A DNA stretch of 63,003 nt, counting the filler. It is 7 parts of 7 records of this genome, joined end to end, with 100 filler letters (N's around TTAATTAATTAA, not from the genome) between each part and the next. Parts side by side here need not be neighbours in the genome. Positions count along the whole stretch, not along the records: positions 1 to 29,556 come from SRR20825014_65; 6 more parts are not named here. One strand, written 5' to 3'. Below the pieces are notes generated by a model. That model was not told where the DNA came from and did not search any database. It was given only the letters and a program-made list of their open reading frames with translations. The position numbers and the translations under genes were made by a program. Position 1 is the stretch's first letter. Each line of letters begins with the position of its first letter. Below, piece after piece: positions 1 through 8,721 of this stretch.

Positions 1-67
1 CGACCACGATGTAGCTCACCGTGTTGGTGTCAGGGTCAAAAAAAGCCTGTATCTGGGGGCAGGGCAT
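1..67 (-). CDS. MBL-fold metallo-hydrolase (persulfide dioxygenase/ETHE1-Blh-like), N-terminal fragment
   Basis: Manual translation from ATG at 67 gives MPCPQIQAFFDPDTNTVSYIVV, the typical N-terminus of this family. GGAGG RBS lies upstream. The gene runs off the window edge. Confidence 0.7.
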   Translation of the reverse strand, partial: MPCPQIQAFFDPDTNTVSYIVV

Positions 68-96
68 GGCGCCTCCGTGGATATATTCTGACCACA

Positions 97-125
97 GTTA
101 TAGGCGCCCGGCAAAGGAATGTCAA
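97..125 (-). promoter_or_regulatory. sigma70-type promoter for the MBL hydrolase
   Basis: Minus strand reads TTGACA-N17-TATAAC. Confidence 0.7.
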
Positions 126-126
126 A

Positions 127-148
127 TTTGATATAAGCTTATATCAAA
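127..148. promoter_or_regulatory. perfect 22-bp palindrome, candidate operator
   Basis: TTTGATATAAGCTTATATCAAA abuts the -35 box. Confidence 0.55.
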
Positions 149-165
149 AAGAAATATATCGGGTT

Positions 166-1635
166 TCACTTGTTCCTGAGCATGACCCCCAGCCCGATCA
201 GCAGCGCCGATAACAGCAGCCAGGGCCACACACCGGTGGCCATGAACGGGGTGATACCGGTGCGTGGATGGTATTCGCTGTAGAGCACGTCGCGGGTGAA
301 TTGGGGCAGGGCATCAATCACCTGGCCGTGATGATCAATCACCGCGGTGACGCCGTTGTTGGTGCCCCGTAGCAGCCACCGCCCGGTTTCTGCGGCACGC
401 ATGCGGGCCATCTGGAAGTGTTGCAGCGGGCCGGCGGAGGTGCCAAACCAGGCATCGTTACTGATGGTCAGCAGCACATCGGCGTCGTGACTGCGGGTGG
501 CTACCTGTTCCGGGTAGAGAATTTCGTAGCAGATGAATGGCGCCACGGTGTGGCCCAGGGCGGTCAGGTTCGGCTGCGTGGGGCTGCCGGGGGTAAAGCC
601 GGACATGGGCAAATCAAAGAAGGGGATCAGCCCACGGATCAATGACTGCATGGGAACGTATTCACCGAACGGGACCAGCTTTTGTTTGTGGTAGACCCGC
701 GGGTTGCCATCGCCCGGCTGCAAAGGAATCGAGGCAATGCTGTTGTGGTAGGTCACCCCGCTGTTGCTGACCGTGCGCCAGGGTACCCCGGTGATGAAGC
801 CGCCGTTACGTTCAGCGATTTGCTGGCCTTCCTGTTCCACAAAGTCAGACACATTTTGGTAGAAATCAGTGAGGGCGGATTCCGGCCAGATCACCAGGGT
901 ATCGGCAGGAATATTTTGAGTCAGATCCTGATAGATCTGCTGGGTTCGCTCACGCATGGACAGCTGCCATTTGATGTCCTGGGGAATGTTGCCCTGCACC
1001 AGCGCGACTTTCTGGGCCGGGCCGCTGGTTTGGGTGAACGTGAGCGTGTGAGCGACGGCGGTGAGCACCAGCAGGGCGCAGGCTGCGGCCAGGCCAGCGT
1101 GCCATGCTCGCCGGCTGCTTGCCGGGCGAACCAGGCTGGCACTGACCAGCACGGTGGTGAGCGTGAGCAGCCAGACCCCGCCGATGGGGGCCAGCGGAGC
1201 AAAGGGCGTATCGATCAGGGCATAGCCCGCATACAGCCAGGGGAAGCCGGTGAGGAAAACGCCGCGCACCCAGTCCAGCAGTAGCCAGCTGCCGGCAAAC
1301 GCCAGCGCCGAACGTCCCAGCTGCCAGCTGGCATAAAAAGTGAGCCCGTAAAACAGGGCCAGAAAGGCAGCGAAGATACCGGTGAACGGGATGGCCATCC
1401 ACAGAGGCATGAAGCCGTAGTCGTGCATGGACACATGCACCCAGGAAATGCCAAAAGCGAACATGCCGAGCCCGTACAGCCAGCCTCGCAACAGCGCTTC
1501 GCGGGCAGAACCGGCTCGCTGCTGGCACCAGTAGCCGGCGCCGATGCTGACAAACAGCAGCGGCCAGAGATCATAGGGAGCGAAGGCAAGGGGAAAAAGC
1601 AGGCCGGCAATCAAGGCCAACAGACGATCTCGCAT
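166..1635 (-). CDS. lnt: apolipoprotein N-acyltransferase
   Basis: Motifs TGFPW, VQGNIPQ, WPES, KQKLVPFGEY, ICYE and SNDAWFG are present. Start placed at MRDRLL. Confidence 0.96.
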   Translation of the reverse strand: MRDRLLALIAGLLFPLAFAPYDLWPLLFVSIGAGYWCQQRAGSAREALLRGWLYGLGMFAFGISWVHVSMHDYGFMPLWMAIPFTGIFAAFLALFYGLTFYASWQLGRSALAFAGSWLLLDWVRGVFLTGFPWLYAGYALIDTPFAPLAPIGGVWLLTLTTVLVSASLVRPASSRRAWHAGLAAACALLVLTAVAHTLTFTQTSGPAQKVALVQGNIPQDIKWQLSMRERTQQIYQDLTQNIPADTLVIWPESALTDFYQNVSDFVEQEGQQIAERNGGFITGVPWRTVSNSGVTYHNSIASIPLQPGDGNPRVYHKQKLVPFGEYVPMQSLIRGLIPFFDLPMSGFTPGSPTQPNLTALGHTVAPFICYEILYPEQVATRSHDADVLLTISNDAWFGTSAGPLQHFQMARMRAAETGRWLLRGTNNGVTAVIDHHGQVIDALPQFTRDVLYSEYHPRTGITPFMATGVWPWLLLSALLIGLGVMLRNK

Positions 1636-1763
1636 GGGGTTCCTCGTTTCATGCTGGCGAGCGGGCCGCCTGGCGGTTTGGACTAGAGTCGATGCAATAA
1701 TACGAATAAAGTAGCAGGCAAAATAACCGGTCAAGCCGGAACGACAAGTCTGGGGGCATCATA

Positions 1764-3140
1764 GTGAAACACCCATGCAAGTACCATCCGGGAACGGAGG
1801 CGCTGTGGTATTGCGCCCATGATGGGCTGCATCTGTGTCAGCAATGTGTGGATGGCGATGAGCACCACCGTATGGAAGCCCGTTGCTTGCTGTGCAATCA
1901 CGATCTGGTGCCGGTGGGACAGGATCAGGTCGGCCCTTTGTGGCAACGACTGGACCATTATCTGCAGCTGCCGTTTGCCTTGCCGTTACTGCCCCTGTTG
2001 GCGATCTGGGCGGTGCTGGCGGCGCTGGTGCCGCCATTGTGGATGATGGTGCCGGTGGCTTTGCTTGCCGGGTTGCCGACCTTTGCGTTTTCCGCCGCCT
2101 TGATGGCACTGCGTGCCGGGCCCCGGAAAAGCCGCAAGGCAGCCTTGCCCGGCTGGGATTGTCTGGGTGAAAGCAAGGTCTGGCAAAGCGCGTTGTGGCA
2201 GGCACTACCGGCAATGTTGATTATCGCCCTGGCAGGCCTCCTGATGGTGGCGGTGTCGGTCCCGGCGGGCTTGATGGTGCTGGTGATTGGCATGTTGTTG
2301 GTGCCGGCCCTGTGGCTGGCGGTGCTGGTGCAAGGGGCTGAACCTGGGGCCTATGCGGCGGCGGCTACCTACATTGTCTCTGCCCCCCGTGATTATGGCG
2401 TGGCTGCCGGGTTCGCATCGCTGGGTGGTGTGTTGGTCGTGGCGTTGATTAGCGTGGCCATGGATGTGTTGTCCTTGCCCCTGGTGCAGGGCCTGGCCGG
2501 GTTGCTGCTGGCCTGGTGGTGGCTGGTATTGGCCGGCCTGTGCGCAGATGTCGCCGCCCGTCATGGTCGGCTGTGGGGGCTGAACCAGGGAGGGCGGCGT
2601 GTCACCCAGCCGTTGGCCGAGCGACGCCAACGCACGCAGTTGTGTGCCGGGCGGTTCGACAAGCTGTTGTTGACCACCACGAAAGTCATCAAGACAAAGA
2701 AAGCCACGGTAGCGGATTGGCACCAGCACGACCGGATGCTGGCGGTGCTGGGTAAAGAGCAAGAGCGGGCTGCCCTGGTGGAGCCCTATCTGGATGTGCT
2801 GATTCGCGCCCAGGCCTGGAGTGATGCGCTGGCATTGGTGACCCGGCGGCGAAAACGCGACCCGCAATGGCTGCCGGGTGCACCGGTGCAAAGGCTGGCG
2901 CTGGCGGAAGGTATCCATGAACGCGAGCCAAAACTGGCGGTTGCCCTGCTCAAGGATCTGCACGACAAACACCCGGACTTTTCTGACCTGGGAGAGGCCT
3001 ACCTGTTACTGGCCAAGGTGCTGGCCGAACAGTTCGGGCTGGCGGGCAAGGCCGAGCAATATCTCCGCTTTGTAGAAAGCCATTGTCGCGATGCCCGCTT
3101 ACGCCAGAAAGTGTCGGAGTGCCGGGTGGCCTGGGGGTAA
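1764..3140 (+). CDS. B-box-like zinc finger + multi-pass membrane + helical TPR-like protein
   Basis: N-terminus CKYHP..ALWYC..D.LHLC..C..RCLLC, then several hydrophobic segments and a helical-repeat C-terminus. Confidence 0.7.
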   Translation: MKHPCKYHPGTEALWYCAHDGLHLCQQCVDGDEHHRMEARCLLCNHDLVPVGQDQVGPLWQRLDHYLQLPFALPLLPLLAIWAVLAALVPPLWMMVPVALLAGLPTFAFSAALMALRAGPRKSRKAALPGWDCLGESKVWQSALWQALPAMLIIALAGLLMVAVSVPAGLMVLVIGMLLVPALWLAVLVQGAEPGAYAAAATYIVSAPRDYGVAAGFASLGGVLVVALISVAMDVLSLPLVQGLAGLLLAWWWLVLAGLCADVAARHGRLWGLNQGGRRVTQPLAERRQRTQLCAGRFDKLLLTTTKVIKTKKATVADWHQHDRMLAVLGKEQERAALVEPYLDVLIRAQAWSDALALVTRRRKRDPQWLPGAPVQRLALAEGIHEREPKLAVALLKDLHDKHPDFSDLGEAYLLLAKVLAEQFGLAGKAEQYLRFVESHCRDARLRQKVSECRVAWG

Positions 3141-3203
3141 GACTTTATGGCTAGCCCCCCCCCTTTTTTTTCTTTCTATTTAATCGTCACCCAAGCCTGG
3201 GCC

Positions 3204-4622
3204 TTAGCGATAGATGTGGTCGTATTGCACTTTCAGTGTGTTGATTAGGGCTTCCATGCTGGTTTCGGAAAGGCGGGTTGTCTTCCCCGCCAATGTGACG
3301 TCGACGGGTATGGTTACCTGTGCCGCGGCGGCGGCCACTTCCTTGTAGCCACGCAGAAGGTAGAGGTTGGCCTGGCTTGAGGTCAGGTCATCGGCGCTCA
3401 TCTGGGCGGCGCTAAGCATCTTGATCGGATCAGTAATGAATGCGGTCTTCATGACCTTGAGGCCAGTCATCAAGTTGGCATTTCTAAGAACTTTGGCTTC
3501 TTGAATGATGGCGGTCTGGTTATTGGAAAAGTCGTTAGTAGCGAGATAGAGGTCAAAGTGAACCTGGCTTTTTGCTACAGCAAAATCCCCCAGCGCCAGG
3601 CGAAAAGACTCGATATCCTGGACGGCTTGTTGGTCACTGTTGCTCAGGTTTTTTCGGCGCCAGCGATTTGCCAGGGCAGTGTCAAAGCGGGCAATAAAAT
3701 CGGCATAACGATCATCACTGATTACTGTTTCTTCTGATTGGGTGTCCGCCAGTAACGTTTGGCTGTCCAGTGCAAAGACACTCAAGTATTCAGCGGCAGG
3801 AAATGATGTCTCGAAGCTATCCATCTTGAGAATAAAGTACGGATACTGACGGGGAACATGTTCGCTGAATTGTGTTTTGGTTGTCTTATCCCAATGATGG
3901 TCACGGTTCAGTAATGAGAAGATGTCAGCACTGACCCCATTACAGTCCATAGCATCGGATTGAATGACTTGCGTACCGTTCATTAATCGGGTGGTTGCCG
4001 CATACAGCCCCTGGCTGTCCGGTAGTGCTTGTTGGTCAACGCGGAGGCTGACAATAGGGGCAATGCCTTTTCCATAGGTGGCGGGCAAGCCGGACCAGGT
4101 GCCGGGGTGAAAATACGGGTCAACATAACTGATAAAATTCAGGCAGGCGTCTGCGGGCAGGGATAGGTAAGCCCGTTTCTGGAATACTTTCCCTTCTTCA
4201 TTCATGGACAGAATCGTGGGCTCAAGCACAATTTTTACGCCGCTCTCTGCCAGTTGATCGTTCATGGCCTGGTAGAGATAGAGAGCATAAAAACTGGTTT
4301 TCTCCAGGGTTTGTTGCAAGGCCTTTGGGTTGACGTCCAGCTGTCGCTTGAACTTGGCAACCATCTTTTCTTCTTGAGCTCCGGCCATGCGGGCCATGTA
4401 TGGCGTATGGTCCGCAAAACGTTCGGCAATGGCTGCTTTGTGTTCCTCCTCTACCCCGGCAGGGTAGCGAATGCTGATAATTCTGTGTTGGTAAGCTGAA
4501 TCGGCCAATGGCGGTGCCGGTTCGTAAAAGTGGTTGGGCAAATTGTTTTTGGGGATGTCCGAGCTGATACAGCCAGACAGAGTCAGTGACAGCAAAGCAA
4601 CAGCGGGAAGGTTCCTTTTCAT
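3204..4622 (-). CDS. hypothetical lipoprotein
   Basis: MKRNLPAVALLSLTLSGC lipobox with AAGGA RBS upstream; no family recognised. Confidence 0.75.
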   Translation of the reverse strand: MKRNLPAVALLSLTLSGCISSDIPKNNLPNHFYEPAPPLADSAYQHRIISIRYPAGVEEEHKAAIAERFADHTPYMARMAGAQEEKMVAKFKRQLDVNPKALQQTLEKTSFYALYLYQAMNDQLAESGVKIVLEPTILSMNEEGKVFQKRAYLSLPADACLNFISYVDPYFHPGTWSGLPATYGKGIAPIVSLRVDQQALPDSQGLYAATTRLMNGTQVIQSDAMDCNGVSADIFSLLNRDHHWDKTTKTQFSEHVPRQYPYFILKMDSFETSFPAAEYLSVFALDSQTLLADTQSEETVISDDRYADFIARFDTALANRWRRKNLSNSDQQAVQDIESFRLALGDFAVAKSQVHFDLYLATNDFSNNQTAIIQEAKVLRNANLMTGLKVMKTAFITDPIKMLSAAQMSADDLTSSQANLYLLRGYKEVAAAAAQVTIPVDVTLAGKTTRLSETSMEALINTLKVQYDHIYR

Positions 4623-4642
4623 GTTTTTTCCTTGGTTAGGAC

Positions 4643-6043
4643 TCAGAGAGTCAACGCTTTGGCCCGATGTGAAAGCCCTTCCTGTTCCAGGGCCCGTTGC
4701 AATGTATTGATAGCACTCTTTCGATGATCGTGTTCGTCGAGTTGTTTGGCCAGAGCTTCTGCCTGCTGAAAATTCCTGGCGTAAGTAAGGGTGAGGACAA
4801 GCTGCCAACCGGTTTCGGTGCTGAGTGGTTCGCGCTTGCGTTGATTGTATTGTTTCCAATGCTGGCTGATCTGGAGGGCCTCGCCAGAAGTACGCGCGGG
4901 GTGGCGAAATAAGGCCTCAGCGGCGTGTTTCAATGTGGTGGTGTCGCCGCTCATCTGCTGGGCCGTGAACAGGCCGGTGAGGGCGTCAAAATGGTTAGGT
5001 TCTTTGGCAAGGACCTGCTCGAAGGCAGCACTCGCGGCGTCGCCGTTCAGTTGCCCCAGGGCGTCCCAGCCCCGGGTCAGCGAAGACAGTTGCTGTGGGT
5101 CCTGGCTGCTATGGTTTTCCTGCTCCGCCTCGACGGGTTGTGGGCGCATGATCTGCACCAGCAATAGGCCGCCGAAAAAGGCCGCGAGGCCGGCGCTGAG
5201 GTTGGCGAGCAGTGGATTACTGAACAGGGCAAGGGCAGCGAGAGCCGCCACGGGCAGTGGCAGCAGGGTGTAGGGCGATACAGACAGGCGCTGCCAACGT
5301 TTGTGTTTGGGATGCCAGACCGGCAGCGATAGCGCACCGCGCTGCAGGCCGAAGAAGGCGCCGAACCAGACCAGCAGGGGCGCGGTGGCGCCGTGGAAAG
5401 GAATCTGCCCCGGGCTCGCCAACAACAGGTAACCAAAACCACTGAGCAGGCACCCGAGAATCCACAGGGCGAATACTCGGCCGTGGCCGAGGCGCCGTTC
5501 CAGGGTGGGGGCCAGCGGCACTAATAACAGCAGGCTGGCCAGGGTCAGCCAGAGCGAAGCGCCGGTGAAGGGGGCGGTAAAGAAGCGGGCCGGGCGCGGC
5601 GAGTTGTCGGGCAGGCCCCAGCGATACAGGTTGCTGGTCGTTATCTGTGTGGGGATTTGTTTGCGCAGGCGGTCCCATTGTTCGATCTCTGCAGCGGACC
5701 AGAAATCCCGGGCGCGGCGTTTGCTGTCCACCACGAAGTCATCGGCGAACAGGGCCGCGCCGTAGACATGGGCGTCCATATCCGCGTTTTGCTCCAGCTG
5801 TTGGGACAGGGCGCTTTGGTTATTGAAGCGAAGCCAGGAAAGGTAGTTGTCCCACTCCAGGGCTTTCAGACCACTGCTTTGATACCAGTTAAGCACCGGC
5901 TGGGAGGGGGTGGCGCTATTGAATAGCTGGCCAACGAGCAGGGCAATGGCCAGGCAGGCCATTACCCAGGGCGCAGAGCGCCAGGCAGCCGGGGCGGGAT
6001 CAGTTGGTGTCTGCTCCGTGATCGGTGTGGTCATTGTCGTCAT
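4643..6043 (-). CDS. rhomboid-fold membrane protein with C-terminal TPR-like region, catalytic residues absent
   Basis: Rhomboid signature LERRLGHGRVFALWILG. GASG appears as GATA and the TM6 AHxGG has no His. Start may be 6034. Confidence 0.75.
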   Translation of the reverse strand: MTTMTTPITEQTPTDPAPAAWRSAPWVMACLAIALLVGQLFNSATPSQPVLNWYQSSGLKALEWDNYLSWLRFNNQSALSQQLEQNADMDAHVYGAALFADDFVVDSKRRARDFWSAAEIEQWDRLRKQIPTQITTSNLYRWGLPDNSPRPARFFTAPFTGASLWLTLASLLLLVPLAPTLERRLGHGRVFALWILGCLLSGFGYLLLASPGQIPFHGATAPLLVWFGAFFGLQRGALSLPVWHPKHKRWQRLSVSPYTLLPLPVAALAALALFSNPLLANLSAGLAAFFGGLLLVQIMRPQPVEAEQENHSSQDPQQLSSLTRGWDALGQLNGDAASAAFEQVLAKEPNHFDALTGLFTAQQMSGDTTTLKHAAEALFRHPARTSGEALQISQHWKQYNQRKREPLSTETGWQLVLTLTYARNFQQAEALAKQLDEHDHRKSAINTLQRALEQEGLSHRAKALTL

Positions 6044-6887
6044 CCCCCGGCGGTGTTACCCGTAACAGTCGTATCGTGCGGCCGTCGGCGCTGAGCACGG
6101 TGACGCGGAAGCCTTCCAGGGTGATGCTTTCATCACGGCCTGGCAGGCGCCCGAACTTCTGCATCACCAGTCCCCCGATGGTGTCGAACTCTTCATCACT
6201 GAGCTGGCAGTGGAAGTGTTCGTTGAAGTCGTCGATGGGCGTCAGTGCCTTGACGGTGTACTCGTTGTTGTCCAGATCCTTGATCAGGTAATCGTCTTCG
6301 TCGATATCGTGTTCGTCTTCGATTTCGCCGACGATCTGTTCCAGCACATCTTCGATGGTGACCAGCCCGGCCACGCCGCCGTACTCGTTGACCACGATGG
6401 CCATGTGGTTACGGCTGATACGAAATTCGCGCAGCAGGGAATCCAGACGTTTTGATTCTGGCACTACCATAGCCGAACGGATGTGATCTTTGATCGCAAA
6501 ACGCTCCATACGGGCGGGATCAAGGATTAACGGTAGCAGATCCTTGGCGAGCAGGATGCCAATGACTTCATCCGGGTCGTCGCCCAGTACCGGAAAGCGG
6601 GAATGGGCGCAGTCGATAATGGTGGGCAAAAAATCCCGTGGGTCGGAGCTGGCCTTGATGCTGACCATTTGCGAACGGGGAATCATGATCTCACGCACCT
6701 GCATGTCTGCCACGCAGATGGCGCCTTCGATGATGCCCAGGGTGTCGCCGTCGATGATGTGGGTGTCGCGCATGGAGCGCATCAGTTCCAGTAGTTCGCT
6801 CCGGTCTCCCGGAGTGGGTGAGAAAAACTGGCCGACACGCTCCAACCAACTTCGGCTGGTACCGTTATCCGAAAAATCGTCCGACAT
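6000..6887 (-). CDS. corC: CBS/CorC magnesium-cobalt transport-associated protein (YbeX)
   Basis: HSRFPV, tandem CBS domains, EQIVGEIEDEHD and DTIGGLV; synteny with ybeY. Confidence 0.95.
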   Translation of the reverse strand: MSDDFSDNGTSRSWLERVGQFFSPTPGDRSELLELMRSMRDTHIIDGDTLGIIEGAICVADMQVREIMIPRSQMVSIKASSDPRDFLPTIIDCAHSRFPVLGDDPDEVIGILLAKDLLPLILDPARMERFAIKDHIRSAMVVPESKRLDSLLREFRISRNHMAIVVNEYGGVAGLVTIEDVLEQIVGEIEDEHDIDEDDYLIKDLDNNEYTVKALTPIDDFNEHFHCQLSDEEFDTIGGLVMQKFGRLPGRDESITLEGFRVTVLSADGRTIRLLRVTPPGDDDNDHTDHGADTN

Positions 6888-7414
6888 CAGGGGTTAAACT
6901 CCGTGTTTTCAGGTGGCGCCTGGCCTTCGTCATGGGCAGGGCTGTAAGGATCAGGAAACCCCAGCTCGCCAAGGGCGCGGATTTCCAGGGTTTCCATGAC
7001 GAGCGCATCGTCATCGTCGATATGATCATAACCCAGCAGGTGCAGCACACCGTGGGTGACCATGTGTGCCCAATGGGCGTCGAGCGGTTTGTGTTGTTCG
7101 CTGGCTTCGCGGTGGACCACCGTGTCGCAGATGACGATATCCCCCACCAGCGGTTCGACGGCGTCTTCCGGTAGCCCCTCGGGCATTTCAAACGGAAAGG
7201 ACAGCACATTGGTGGGCGCGTCCTTGTCGCGGTAGTCGCGATTGAGGACGCGAATTTCCTCTTCTTCCACGATGCGCAGGGTGATGTCGCCCACCACGCC
7301 GCCAGCGGCGATGGCCGCATGGCGTACCCATTCGCACAGGCGGGCTTCGTCGGGGGCGTCCGGGGCATCGCTGGCCCACTGGATATCAACGGTCGGTGTC
7401 GGTATCCCGTTCAT
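6887..7414 (-). CDS. ybeY: rRNA maturation endoribonuclease YbeY
   Basis: [17 protein letters not shown] and [11 protein letters not shown] motifs. Confidence 0.97.
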   Translation of the reverse strand: MNGIPTPTVDIQWASDAPDAPDEARLCEWVRHAAIAAGGVVGDITLRIVEEEEIRVLNRDYRDKDAPTNVLSFPFEMPEGLPEDAVEPLVGDIVICDTVVHREASEQHKPLDAHWAHMVTHGVLHLLGYDHIDDDDALVMETLEIRALGELGFPDPYSPAHDEGQAPPENTEFNP

Positions 7415-8390
7415 GACGGTCGTAGGCCTCTACAATGCGTTGAACCAGCGGGTGGCGAACCACATCGCGGCTATCGAACCGGGTCACCCCGATGCCGTTG
7501 ACTCCGTCCAGCACTTCCAGCGTGTTGACCAGGCCAGAGCGTTGATGGCGGGGCAAATCCACCTGGGTCACGTCGCCGGTAATCACCGCGCGGGTGCCAA
7601 AGCCAATCCGGGTGAGGAACATTTTCATCTGTTCCGGAGTGGTGTTCTGGGCTTCATCCAGAATCACAAAACTGTTGTTCAGGGTGCGCCCGCGCATGTA
7701 GGCCAATGGCGCCACTTCGATGACCATTCTGTCCATCAGCTTGGCCACTTTTTCAAAGCCGATCATTTCGTAGAGCGCGTCGTATAGGGGGCGTAGATAG
7801 GGATCGATTTTCTCTGCCAGATCGCCGGGCAGAAAACCCAGCTTTTCACCGGCTTCCACAGCCGGGCGCACCAGCAGGATGCGCTGAACTTCGGCTTTTT
7901 CAAGGGCATCGACCGCGCAGGCCACGGCCAGCCAGGTCTTGCCGGTACCCGCCGGGCCCACGCCGAAATTGATATCGTGCTTGCGGATCTGCTTGACGTA
8001 CTCACGCTGGTGCGCGCCGCGGGGCTTGATGCGTACCCGCTTGGTGCGGATCAGCATGTCATCGCTGGGAAAGGGCACGGTGTTGTCTGCGTTGCCGCTG
8101 CTGGCATGGTCCGCCACGTTGGACTGTTGCAGATGCAGGTGCACCATTTCCGGGGTCAGCTCGGTGCCGTCACGGGTCTGTTCATAGAGTTCGCTGAGAA
8201 TCGCACCGGCCGCATCCACGGCGTCGGCGTCCCCGGCCAGGTGAAACTGGTTGCCACGGTTGAGGATTTCCACGTGCAGGCGCTGTGCGATCTGCTTGAC
8301 GTGCTCATCCAGGCGGCCACAGAGGCTGGCCAGTCGACGGGAATCGTTGGGTTCGAGGCTGATGTGCTGTGAAACGAGTGGTGTGTCCAA
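7386..8390 (-). CDS. ybeZ: PhoH-like ATPase YbeZ
   Basis: [28 protein letters not shown] and DEAQN; lies upstream of ybeY. Confidence 0.95.
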   Translation of the reverse strand: MDTPLVSQHISLEPNDSRRLASLCGRLDEHVKQIAQRLHVEILNRGNQFHLAGDADAVDAAGAILSELYEQTRDGTELTPEMVHLHLQQSNVADHASSGNADNTVPFPSDDMLIRTKRVRIKPRGAHQREYVKQIRKHDINFGVGPAGTGKTWLAVACAVDALEKAEVQRILLVRPAVEAGEKLGFLPGDLAEKIDPYLRPLYDALYEMIGFEKVAKLMDRMVIEVAPLAYMRGRTLNNSFVILDEAQNTTPEQMKMFLTRIGFGTRAVITGDVTQVDLPRHQRSGLVNTLEVLDGVNGIGVTRFDSRDVVRHPLVQRIVEAYDRHERDTDTDR

Positions 8391-8608
8391 GATGGAAAAG
8401 GTGGCCCTTCGGGCTGTTTAGAGAGTGTATTCAGAATACCCGGAAGCGTTGTTCCGGGAAAGCGAATTCGCAGGGGCAGCGTAGCCGCCGGCACCGGCAG
8501 CTGCAAGGAGCAGTGCGCTTGTGTCTGACAGTTGGGGGGAGCGGGTGGATGAGAAACCCCGGTCGGACTCGCCGGTTACACTTTGTCACGCGAAATTTGC
8601 CGGTTGTT

Positions 8609-8635
8609 TGCATCCATCCGCGTGTTGCCTGCGTA
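8609..8635 (+). promoter_or_regulatory. ECF sigma-type promoter
   Basis: TGCATCC-N15-GCGTA, resembling RpoE/ChrR- and SigK-type promoter motifs. Confidence 0.45.
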
Positions 8636-8721
8636 TCACTGGCAGGGCACGGCACCGTGCCCGCCACTGAGGGTTCAGTGGTTCGATGGGTTGTTATCAA
8701 TGGATGGAAAGGAGTAACAGG

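Noticed and set aside
4623..4859. N-terminal extension of the 3204-4859 ORF overlapping the rhomboid-like gene
   Set aside because: The lipobox and RBS indicate that the real start is 4622.
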